Virus record (IMG/VR): IMGVR_UViG_3300030095_000202
Coordinates: 1-59,303 of that record
DNA from: a virus
Lineage: Duplodnaviria; Caudoviricetes
Strand: one strand, 5' to 3'
Length of the DNA stretch: 59,303 bases
Part shown: in pieces, positions 19,301 to 27,975 of the stretch
Position numbering within the stretch: position 1 is the stretch's first letter
Layout: every line of letters starts with the position of its first letter
Made by a program: the position numbers and the translations under genes
The notes under the pieces: generated by a model
What the model saw: only the letters and a program-made list of their open reading frames with translations
The model's database searches: none
What the model was told of the DNA's origin: nothing

Positions 19301-19519
19301 CAAGAACGTTTAAAACTTGTAACTGAGCAACTTGCTGATATGCAAGACCCGTTAGGTAATAAATTAGAAGGCATAGACAGGGCAGTTTATGCTAAAAAAA
19401 TTGAAGAAGCCGCAGCTATAGAGGCAGATTTACAAAGGTTATATGAAAAAGGTGGTATAGGTTCTACCAGAGCACTGCAAACTGCATTAGAGAATGTGCA
19501 AATAGATAGTACGACATAA
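16322..19519 (+). CDS. Large internal virion protein
   Basis: 1065 aa with MASGGILKM motif, located in the ejection cluster. Confidence 0.65.
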   Translation: MGIATNYEAHENTVKSMSDQQIMQGMQNPNPSGPPPFMLLVEANIRKEMRDEQTRQEGLGQPTVLQQLTGTAPAPTPQTNVAGMPQGVASGMAQSMAPKTNVNQNTGINTVARNANAAAPVATMASGGILKMATAGEVESGFIILNTPPITRFGEVVTVSADTLDKLTDKYPDIMAQANAKELVVPAGSEKGQNIVNSPMYKSAAYRYPKNTETGYLTLVRRVDETEPNMLKAMQENAKDTVAKIKAADIVVATEPTSFMDLDTVDTPGEADRIYEAEVRNSSRDIRDAVAGFSPNLFPKTVRSTKVRPMPIYADDDPVYNDGGFNEKLRGIPSVIKDTRIDGNVLQGPAERAGDYLGAMSGVQAGVDYRAARRQEAAQVEAGRQAAAVRAEADRQAAIQKRGIMSVADSQAAEVDRQAAEKALDARYPNLKLLQPEVTNEGLDPQFPTDGTLLSPTEALQRKATRVSDRPESIRIDAGDPGFADVRAAEEIERKRRINAKNIIERVDESAVPIVDRFPPLSKAELGAMGSTAAEAYLQNMRGEKGSVTGYNEVMLPAVREMTERQLAFKQSFPGYGYGDGPAKRLEENLSEYGDFMSEVRSADGEVRPYYLGQDGLKPQYTYTTPTFYKGLNRFEKPDARETRAGIAAYSPSVNPSILDTPVSLEYIQSNPELLSEYMFELRKENADNPALADAEFERRLAADKAKTDAFAARKTVESDADNTPALVVTSTGSNVDASGNPVVKTDDSYTDILKDGVVGALPSVFDKTMETGVDGIVGGFDMFKSILENAAANPYGSDPYDPKNLNESIGPAAAKKLRDDAKETADAYGNVPFEGIKTPGLTDATRKTLTEQGFKPSTPMPVIGDGSNKNVNPMASRASDSPSSYEQKLLDILAEREKSADQDKWLGLAEMGMRLMASSNPNLLSAIGESGLGAFGSYRKQQAGQDAEELNILSKLADLDMAQQTLQARRDIAAAGRSNKSGFTFPQAVNTQQERLKLVTEQLADMQDPLGNKLEGIDRAVYAKKIEEAAAIEADLQRLYEKGGIGSTRALQTALENVQIDSTT

Positions 19520-19530
19520 AGGGCGACACT

Positions 19531-22500
19531 ATGGGTATGATGCAAGTCAAGGGTGAGTTTAGTGGTCGCACGTATGATGTAAATTTTGCTGGAGAAGAGC
19601 CTACTCCTCAAGAAATTGCTAATGCCACAGGCAAAATACAGATATTAGAACGTCAGTTTGAAGAAAGCTATGAAAGCAAATATGGCGAGCAAGTAATAGA
19701 TGATGGTACTGCATTTGGACGTGGCCTTGACGTTGGGTTAACAAGTTTGCGGGGTGCTTTGGGCACTACTATACGTGATATTGGTACTCAGAGTGATATA
19801 GGCTTTATCGAAGACTTTGGTGCAAGCCAAGAAGCTGCCGCAAACAGAACACGATTGTCTAGGGCAGGCACTGCTACACCACCTAAAAACTTTGACGCAG
19901 CACGAGAAGGTGGTTTTGGAGATACACTTTCTTATTTAGGCGAAATTGCAGGACAGTCTGCACCACAAATGTTAGGACCACTAGCTGCTACAGGAATAGG
20001 TACGCTACTTGGTGGACCCGGTGTAGGTACTGTTGCAGGTGTGTCAGCCGCTATGCCTTACTTTTATGGTAGTGACTTACAACGCGCTGAACAACAAGTT
20101 GCTGCAGGTGAACTAGATGCGGTAGATCGTTTAAAAACATTTCAAGCGGCTACAGGTCAATCATTACTTAATGTTCTTGGGGACAAGTTCCTGCTTAGAG
20201 GATTAGTTACTCCCGGTAAGAATGTGCTTACTAGGGTAGGTAAAGGTACAGTCCGAGGTGCAGCCGTAGAAGTACCTACAGAAATAGGACAACAAGCGTT
20301 AGAACGCTGGCAAGCTGGACTGCCTATAGACAATGATGAAGCGTTTGCGGAGTACAGAGAAGTTGGTATTGCCGCAGGTCTGCTGGGCGGCACTATGGGT
20401 GGAGGATTAAGTGTATTTGGTTCGGCCCCGTCATTAGATGCAGGTAAAGGAAAAACAAATATTAGTGGTGAACCACCTGTAAGTGATACCAACACTGTTA
20501 CTGCTGAAGAGGGTATAGATTTTGAAATCGGCAGACCAACAGAGGGCGCAACAGATGAGGCAGCAGATAGAGTAGCTGGGACAGACGATGCTTCTATAAC
20601 AGGACCAACAAGCGTAGAAACGAGTACAGGTACAGGCGCAGGTACAGGCGCAGGTGCGGGATTAGCTAGTATTTCTGGTAGTGGTAATAGAATAGCCGAT
20701 AGACTTAAAACAGCAGACAGAAGACAAGAGTTAGTACAGCAGTTAGAAAAACGTACAACACTACCAACTCTCGCAGAGGTACTTAGCTCTGACAATGTAT
20801 CTAATACAAAAGAACTTGTTGATACTACTACAGAAGAACTTTTAGATAAACTTGTAAGAAAACCTGTAGGAACTGCGGGAACTGTAGAAACTGCAGGAAC
20901 TGCAGAAACAGACAAACCTTCTGTAATAAAACGTGCAATAGCAAAACCTGATGATGCCGCTCTGCTTGAAGATGCTAGAAAGTCAGTAACTAATCGTAAA
21001 TCAGGTTCAGTTAGCGCATTAGCAGATGATTTAAAAATTTCTAAAGCAAAAGCAGGAAAACTAATTGGCCTTCTTGCCGCCGAAGATAATCCTATAGTTG
21101 GCCCCGCAAGACAATTTCAACCACGTCAATTTATACCTATGACTATAGACGATACGCCCGATGCAGTTGCTGTAGGGGCACCAATAGTTCCAAATAATAT
21201 AACTCCTACAACAGAACTAGAGGGTGACACAAGCGTTAAACCTGACGCAGAACCTGACGCAGAACCTGAACAGGGCGCACAACTGCCCGATAGGACCGAA
21301 AATTTATCCGATGATGAAATAGCAATAGCTACGGTTACTGAAAAGGCTAAAGCTAATCAAGAAAAGATAGACGCACTGCTTGATAACCCCGAAGCAGACC
21401 CCGAAGGGGAACTGTTAAAAGCACTGCAAGATAACAATCGTGCATTAAACCAACGATTAAACGTAATAAAGAAAAACGCATATGAAGGTGGAGATTACGG
21501 TAGATTAACACCCTACGGCACTTCTGTTAGAGAGGGTACACCTACAGGACTACCCGCGAACACTGGATTTGGACCTGATGGTCAAGTGATTGGCACACAA
21601 GCACTTAGAAGTAGTACCCCCACTACATCAGGATACGAGAATGTAGAGCCTATAACTGACGAGCAGGGTAAGAACCCAAGTGTTCTATCAAATGAGGCAA
21701 TAGAATACTTAGAAGGGTTGGACCTAAACACGCTAGACTTAAACGCTACGTATCAAGAGGACATAGGTAGTGATGCACTACGTGTCGAGGACGTGCCGTT
21801 CGCTGATAAAGCCGCAGTTCTATTTGCAGAAGACAAACCCTATGAACTGCAAGGTAAACCCAATTACACAGGCAAAATCCAGTGGCCTGCTGAATTGGAA
21901 AAGCACCTTAGAGCCTTACCAACATCCAGAGGGCCATATGGATCACAGACCATAGGTGACGCACTACGCATACTATATACGTTAAAAGATGGGGTTGGTA
22001 ACATACCCGCAAGATTACAGGGTTCTTACGGCGATACGGAAGCTAGGGCCGCTGCAGGTCTACCTGAAAATCCAATTACTGCACCCGAGATGGAACCTAT
22101 CACACCCACTCGCGTTAGGGATGATACTGATTTAGAGGTTGTCGATAGTCCCTCGCAACTGGACGCTACAGGGTCGCCTCTTGTGCAGAGTTATGACAGG
22201 GCGCTTGGTGCACCAATCGGTGATCCCACTAATACAAACCCTGCAAGCAAACCGTTTGTAGCTTCTGATACGTTACCCGCTAACCGTGCGGCAATAAAAC
22301 TAAGTCAAGCTGAGTTAGACCTTATTACGGGTAGCGGTTTATCTAAAGAACAAAGACTAGCCGCGTTGAGTGGCGCATTACGCGATGCTGAATTAGTAGA
22401 CGCTCTGGAAGTGGCAACTGCTAATACCATTAGTAGGTTGTTTAATGATCGTAAGGCTACATTTGGCCTAGTCGGTAAAGCTGCGCTAGCCTTAGAAAAT

Positions 22501-25500
22501 CGACAGTCTACTACTGCGTCCGAAGCATTTGAACCTGATATAACTACATACGAAGATAAACTAAATATAATTAAACTTATTCGTATGACTGACCAAAACA
22601 TCAAAGACATTAAGGATAAAGTAGAACGTGCAAGAGTTAAGGCGGCTAGAGATTATTTTCTTAGGTTCCGTAGACCTGTGGATGCGCTTCATGAAATGCA
22701 GGGCGCTCATGGTGATGGTAATAAAACTGGGGCTACTCAAACTGCATCAAAGGATAAGACCACCGCTAAAGACGCGGAAGGGGTAGAGACAGATATTAGT
22801 GCCCCTGCGTTTAACGTTAACTTGGATGCTGAGAGTAAGTCTGATGAAGAAGCGTTCTATGGCCCTCTAACGTATACCAATGCAGTCAAAGCTATGTACT
22901 GGGTAAAGAATAACTTAGGCTCAGACACTAAAGCTGCGTTAACTGCAAGACGTGTAGAGCATGTGAGCAAAACCCGCGCTGTCGTACAAGACAGTCATAA
23001 AGCTATGAAAGAGGGGGCCGCAAAACTACGAGCCGCATCCTTTGGACAAGCCATGCGAGAAGCTAGTGCAGCTACAAGACTAGCTAACGCGGCTAATAAA
23101 GCCTCTGATGATTTAATAGCGGGTCTTGGCGCGCCAAATCCATTGGTAGCGGAATTAGAAGCTATAGCTAGGCAGGACGAAGCAGAAGCTGCCAAGTTAG
23201 CTATGCGAAAGGCTTTAAGGGATAGACCGAAGAAAGAATACACAGACGATACGCTAGCAGCCGATTTGCTACGAAAGATAAACGAGATTAAGAAAGGATC
23301 AACGCAGTCTGTAGACGAAGCTGTAAGTGAAATCGAGTTAGCCGTAGCACAAGACAAAACCATTGCGGATATGACTGAGCGTGAATTAGATGACATTCTT
23401 GAAGCACAGATAGAGGCTGAGTTAGAAAGACGTGCTGCATTACCAGAAGGTATGAGGGGGCGTTTGAAGAAGACTAAGAAATCTAAGTTTTTTGCTAAGG
23501 ATAGAGAGGCTGTAGCTATAGAGCTTGCGGAACGGCAAGAAGCAGAAGTGGCGTCTCTTAAAGAGGCTTTAGAAGTTGAACCTGCGGGTACAGAACAAGA
23601 TGCCCCTGTAACTAAAGCACAGTTTAAGCCTCGTAAACTTGATGAAAAGGGCAAACCACTAGAAGGCGCACAGCAGGGAGAACGTGCAGGCGTAGAAACT
23701 ATACTTGATGACGATGCGGGTGTGGTATCCATAGCCGCGCAGGGCGATAGTGATGTTATAGGCGACCTTGTAACTCCCCCTGCAATCAACGAGCAGCTTG
23801 AACTTCTAGGTAGTGAGATTAGTGCGTTGGCTGAACCCCTGCGACCTAGTACCCGTAATATGTTAGAGAACGGCGATTTAGTGGGCGCGTTGCGTAGTAT
23901 AGCCATAACAGGCCGCTCTAAAAACGTGAGTAAAATAGCGGAGAGGTTGGTTCCGTATGTGGGCAATACACAAGTAAAACTGGTATCTGGCGGGCTAAGA
24001 AATCCGCAGGGACAAGTTGCTGCAGGTGTATTTGACCCCGCCACCAACACCATATCTTTAGACCGTGATATAGGCATGAACTCACATGCAACACTGCATG
24101 AGATGCTACACGCGGCTACAGCGACTAACCTTTCAGATATGAGCTTGCCAGAAGTAAGACAGCTTAATACAATTTACGAAGCGGTTAAGAAACAGTTACC
24201 GCCTTCGTATGCTATGAAGAACCTAGAAGAATTTGTTGCAGAGGCGTTTAGTAACCCTGACTTCCAAGTAATGTTAGCGGGTATACCGATGACAGACCTA
24301 AAGTTAGCTAACACTAACATGACCAATGCGTACACAAACTTTAGAACTGCAATACGGCGTTTCTTTAACAGGGTCATGCGTAGACCCCCAGAATCGGTAT
24401 TTAACCGCACCGATTTATTACTTAACGATATACTAGCTCCACAGTTAAGTACCCGTGCCGCACCTGCTATGTATCTTGCGGCAAGTAATCCTCAAGGGAG
24501 TGTAGACGTAACTAATTCTGCTACTAATGCTGTCAAGCCCACTACACCTGAACAACTACGGGCTATGCAGGATTACGCTAAGAACTCAGAACCGTATACA
24601 GGGGGTAAGAGTTTCTTATATGGTATTATGCCTGTGAACTTGCTCGGAGACACACTAAAACGTAACCATCAGAGTGATGTGGGTAATGACCTAAACAAGT
24701 TAATTAACGAGCAAAGTTCTGAATTACGGGATAAGACCGTTAAACTGGACTATATTGTAAACCAAATTAAAGATTTTCGTAGAGCTGAAGGGGTAGAAAA
24801 ATACAAGACCCTGCAGCAGCTAGTGCCTATGTCTACGTTAAACAGGATAGACCCGTCTATAAAACGGGAAATGTATACCGCCTATGGGCTTACTATTAAA
24901 GACCCTAAAACTTTAAAGACAACAAGGCGCAATTTTTCCAAACCAGAGTTACGCGCTAAGTACATGGCAGAATTTAAAATAAAAAACCCTGACCATAAAC
25001 TTAACGTCATAGCACCATTAGGTAAAGAACGTCTAAAAGTGTATGACGCTCTTAAGAAAGATTACGATAGTATTGGTAAAGACGGGCAGCGCGTGTACCG
25101 CACCATGCGTAATTACTTTAAAGAAACATATGATGAGATTGAGCCTGCTCTGAGAGATCGTATAAACAGCATCAGTGATGATGCGGAAGTACGTCGCACC
25201 GCGTTTGATAGGTTGTCTGAACTGTTACTCAAGGACAGTGGACTAATTACACCATACTTCCCACTTATGCGTAAGGGTAGTTATCGTGTTTCCTACACAG
25301 CCATCGACCCGCAAGATCAAGACCCCGATGCCAAGCCACAGGTAGATCGCTTTGTGGAATATTTCCCCACTAAGATAGCGGCGATGGAAGCGGTGCAAAA
25401 GGTCAAGGATTATAACAAGACCATGCTGGCTAGAGATGACATTAAGAACTCTGGACTTGCAAGTATATTGGACGAAAAGACAGGTACATATACTCCCAAT

Positions 25501-27663
25501 CCTATGATGGCAGACGATGCCCTGTTTGCTCCAGAAATGGAGAAAATTACAGCAAACAGTAACTATGGTAAAGCGCCTTCCTCTGGATTTGTGTTCAACG
25601 TACTAAATGTCCTGCAGACTGCGGGTGTGCAAAAGATGGAAGGTGGCAAAGGTAATAAGGTCATTAGTGATATCCTTGACCTAGCTTTGGATGCTGTACC
25701 AGAACGCTCGTTTATGCAGGGGTTTAGAACACGTAAAGGTGTCCGTGGTTTCTTGGGTGACACTACCCCTACAGGGTACACACTAGAGAATTTTGATCTA
25801 ATAGACATGATGGAAACTAAGGGACGTGACCTTAACCGACAAGTCGTGCAACTTAGATCAAGTGCCAAGATACAAAAAGTAGTCAACCAGATAGTTGAGT
25901 TGACCAAAAATCCCGATACAGCAGAAATAGCTGACAGGCTTATGAAGATAGCAGAGTTTGCACAACGCCCTAACGTAAACCGTGCGTCTCAGATCATCAC
26001 TAATCTTGGGTTTAACTGGACTATGGGGCTGAACTTCTCGTCTGCAGCTCTGACCTTTTTTGATGTGGGTATGTCGGTGATGCCGTTACTATCGGGTAAG
26101 TATGGTGTGAGTAACACTACCAAGGCATTTGGAGATGCTGTTAAAGCCGTAAGCGCGGCCCCCAGTTCCAAAACTCTTATTGTGGACGATGAGAAAGGCA
26201 ATAAAGTAAGAGAGCAATACGATTTAGGCTCGTTTGGTATATCGTTGGGTAACTTAGACTTTAGTGACCCGTCATCTATTCCAGAAGGATTACGTGATTT
26301 AGAGGTATTAGTTAAGTACGCGACTAACCAAGCGCAGATGGGACAGTCTCTAACACAGGAAACTTTAGAATTAGATGTATTTACTGGAGACACTGGTACA
26401 GACAGAGCGTCTCGCATAGGTAAAAAAATTGTTGATACTTCCCAAAAATGGGGTGGGGCTATGTTCCATCACTCAGAACGCTACGGACGTGAAGTATCAC
26501 TGGTCGCCGCATACAAGTTAGAAATGGATAAGCTGAGTAATGGTGGCAAAAAAGAAGTAACCGATGCTGACAAGCAAAAAGCTGCAGAAGCTGCAGTTGA
26601 GTTTGTAGAGTTTACCCTCGGAGGTACTGCATCGGCAGGGCGTCCTGTATACGCGCAAGGACCAGTGGGTAATGTTCTGTTCCTGTTTAAGCGGTTTGCA
26701 ATTAGTAAATACTACATGATGATGCGTATGCTTAACGATGCTACGGTTGTGTTGTCGAGAGATGCTTACCCCTCTGACGAAGCATATCAAGATGCGCTAG
26801 ACACCCGAAAGATAGCGCGCGCACAGGCGGCAAACTTTCTTATTACTACGGGACTTATCGCAGGTGCATCAGGCATGCCGTTGTTCGGTGAACTTGGTAT
26901 CATGTATGATATGCTCCTTAAAGACGATGATGAAGATAACTGGGATGTTATGAATAAGAAGTGGATGGCAGACCCTGTGTATGGTGGGCTTGTTGACATG
27001 ACAGGTCTTGAGATTGGTGATCGTATCGCACTCAACAATATGTTGTACCGGCCACCACTAATCGACAAAGATCAAAACCCTCTATTTACACTAATAGAGC
27101 AAATAGGTGGCCCTGCAATCGGTATAACAAGCCAGTTAAGTAGGGGCTGGCAGCTTGGCTCAGAAGGTAACGTATGGCGTGGTGTTGAAGCCGCTTCACC
27201 TGCAGCACTGCGTAACATAATGAAAACTGGGCGTTACGCTACCGAAGGGAACTTAACCCTACGTGGTGACGAGATAACAGCGACAAGTCCGTTCACACTT
27301 GCTGGACAAGCTCTAGGGTTTTCTAGTCACGCGCATATAGAGCAGCTTAATATGAACCGTAACGAGCGGAAAAAATACTCTGCTATGACGGATCGCAAGG
27401 GTAGGATTTTGCGTAAGGCTAACATGGCCCGAAGAGAAGGGGACGTTGAGGGTCTTCGCCAAGCCTACAGAGAATCTATAGAGCATAACAACAGCTTACC
27501 GCCAGATGCGATTGACCTGTATATAACTACGGAGTCGTTTAAAAATTCTTCTAAAAACTTTGATCGTAATACAAGAGAAATGATAGGTGGGATGCAGTAC
27601 TCACCTAGTATGCGTAGAAGTGCTGGTGAATATGACGGTGGGTTGTCCTCTCCTGTAAGTTAA
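19531..27663 (+). CDS. Giant internal virion / polyvalent protein with a zincin metallopeptidase motif
   Basis: 2710 aa. N-terminal Gly-rich hydrophobic helices, then LHEMLH...EEFVAE. Last late gene. Confidence 0.75.
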   Translation: MGMMQVKGEFSGRTYDVNFAGEEPTPQEIANATGKIQILERQFEESYESKYGEQVIDDGTAFGRGLDVGLTSLRGALGTTIRDIGTQSDIGFIEDFGASQEAAANRTRLSRAGTATPPKNFDAAREGGFGDTLSYLGEIAGQSAPQMLGPLAATGIGTLLGGPGVGTVAGVSAAMPYFYGSDLQRAEQQVAAGELDAVDRLKTFQAATGQSLLNVLGDKFLLRGLVTPGKNVLTRVGKGTVRGAAVEVPTEIGQQALERWQAGLPIDNDEAFAEYREVGIAAGLLGGTMGGGLSVFGSAPSLDAGKGKTNISGEPPVSDTNTVTAEEGIDFEIGRPTEGATDEAADRVAGTDDASITGPTSVETSTGTGAGTGAGAGLASISGSGNRIADRLKTADRRQELVQQLEKRTTLPTLAEVLSSDNVSNTKELVDTTTEELLDKLVRKPVGTAGTVETAGTAETDKPSVIKRAIAKPDDAALLEDARKSVTNRKSGSVSALADDLKISKAKAGKLIGLLAAEDNPIVGPARQFQPRQFIPMTIDDTPDAVAVGAPIVPNNITPTTELEGDTSVKPDAEPDAEPEQGAQLPDRTENLSDDEIAIATVTEKAKANQEKIDALLDNPEADPEGELLKALQDNNRALNQRLNVIKKNAYEGGDYGRLTPYGTSVREGTPTGLPANTGFGPDGQVIGTQALRSSTPTTSGYENVEPITDEQGKNPSVLSNEAIEYLEGLDLNTLDLNATYQEDIGSDALRVEDVPFADKAAVLFAEDKPYELQGKPNYTGKIQWPAELEKHLRALPTSRGPYGSQTIGDALRILYTLKDGVGNIPARLQGSYGDTEARAAAGLPENPITAPEMEPITPTRVRDDTDLEVVDSPSQLDATGSPLVQSYDRALGAPIGDPTNTNPASKPFVASDTLPANRAAIKLSQAELDLITGSGLSKEQRLAALSGALRDAELVDALEVATANTISRLFNDRKATFGLVGKAALALENRQSTTASEAFEPDITTYEDKLNIIKLIRMTDQNIKDIKDKVERARVKAARDYFLRFRRPVDALHEMQGAHGDGNKTGATQTASKDKTTAKDAEGVETDISAPAFNVNLDAESKSDEEAFYGPLTYTNAVKAMYWVKNNLGSDTKAALTARRVEHVSKTRAVVQDSHKAMKEGAAKLRAASFGQAMREASAATRLANAANKASDDLIAGLGAPNPLVAELEAIARQDEAEAAKLAMRKALRDRPKKEYTDDTLAADLLRKINEIKKGSTQSVDEAVSEIELAVAQDKTIADMTERELDDILEAQIEAELERRAALPEGMRGRLKKTKKSKFFAKDREAVAIELAERQEAEVASLKEALEVEPAGTEQDAPVTKAQFKPRKLDEKGKPLEGAQQGERAGVETILDDDAGVVSIAAQGDSDVIGDLVTPPAINEQLELLGSEISALAEPLRPSTRNMLENGDLVGALRSIAITGRSKNVSKIAERLVPYVGNTQVKLVSGGLRNPQGQVAAGVFDPATNTISLDRDIGMNSHATLHEMLHAATATNLSDMSLPEVRQLNTIYEAVKKQLPPSYAMKNLEEFVAEAFSNPDFQVMLAGIPMTDLKLANTNMTNAYTNFRTAIRRFFNRVMRRPPESVFNRTDLLLNDILAPQLSTRAAPAMYLAASNPQGSVDVTNSATNAVKPTTPEQLRAMQDYAKNSEPYTGGKSFLYGIMPVNLLGDTLKRNHQSDVGNDLNKLINEQSSELRDKTVKLDYIVNQIKDFRRAEGVEKYKTLQQLVPMSTLNRIDPSIKREMYTAYGLTIKDPKTLKTTRRNFSKPELRAKYMAEFKIKNPDHKLNVIAPLGKERLKVYDALKKDYDSIGKDGQRVYRTMRNYFKETYDEIEPALRDRINSISDDAEVRRTAFDRLSELLLKDSGLITPYFPLMRKGSYRVSYTAIDPQDQDPDAKPQVDRFVEYFPTKIAAMEAVQKVKDYNKTMLARDDIKNSGLASILDEKTGTYTPNPMMADDALFAPEMEKITANSNYGKAPSSGFVFNVLNVLQTAGVQKMEGGKGNKVISDILDLALDAVPERSFMQGFRTRKGVRGFLGDTTPTGYTLENFDLIDMMETKGRDLNRQVVQLRSSAKIQKVVNQIVELTKNPDTAEIADRLMKIAEFAQRPNVNRASQIITNLGFNWTMGLNFSSAALTFFDVGMSVMPLLSGKYGVSNTTKAFGDAVKAVSAAPSSKTLIVDDEKGNKVREQYDLGSFGISLGNLDFSDPSSIPEGLRDLEVLVKYATNQAQMGQSLTQETLELDVFTGDTGTDRASRIGKKIVDTSQKWGGAMFHHSERYGREVSLVAAYKLEMDKLSNGGKKEVTDADKQKAAEAAVEFVEFTLGGTASAGRPVYAQGPVGNVLFLFKRFAISKYYMMMRMLNDATVVLSRDAYPSDEAYQDALDTRKIARAQAANFLITTGLIAGASGMPLFGELGIMYDMLLKDDDEDNWDVMNKKWMADPVYGGLVDMTGLEIGDRIALNNMLYRPPLIDKDQNPLFTLIEQIGGPAIGITSQLSRGWQLGSEGNVWRGVEAASPAALRNIMKTGRYATEGNLTLRGDEITATSPFTLAGQALGFSSHAHIEQLNMNRNERKKYSAMTDRKGRILRKANMARREGDVEGLRQAYRESIEHNNSLPPDAIDLYITTESFKNSSKNFDRNTREMIGGMQYSPSMRRSAGEYDGGLSSPVS

Positions 27664-27689
27664 AAAAGCCCCTGCAATTAAGCAGGGGC
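27662..27689 (-). terminator. Rho-independent terminator at the convergence of the two arms
   Basis: GCCCCTGC-aattaa-GCAGGGGC with an A6 tract on its left, which is a U tract on the minus strand. Confidence 0.8.
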
Positions 27690-27747
27690 AGTTCAAGGGA
27701 GAACAGGCAACACGCAGTGGAAATGGATATTGCCTAACTGCCCTATA

Positions 27748-27975
27748 TCATGCGGTACGCCATATACGTAACCCCAATATTTTGTTTTCTACACGAACTT
27801 CGTGTTTAACCTCCCATTGTCGTAGCGATGCAACGGTAGACACCTGATCTTTAGTCTTCTCAGTATCCACACAGGGTATAAACACAGACCCGCTAACCGT
27901 AAGTTTATCCCAGTTTACAATTACTCTAATCCCGTCAGGATTAAGGTCTTCAATCTTCATCACCTTCTGATCCAT
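27748..27975 (-). CDS. Hypothetical protein
   Basis: GGAG RBS before ATG 27975. GSVFIPC..GLRIWR motif. Confidence 0.65.
   Translation of the reverse strand: MDQKVMKIEDLNPDGIRVIVNWDKLTVSGSVFIPCVDTEKTKDQVSTVASLRQWEVKHEVRVENKILGLRIWRTA

Noticed and set aside
22995-24077. 360-aa minus-strand ORF (also 20157..20915 and similar)
   Set aside because: Antisense shadows of the 2710-aa gene, Ser-rich, with no RBS or recognisable motifs.
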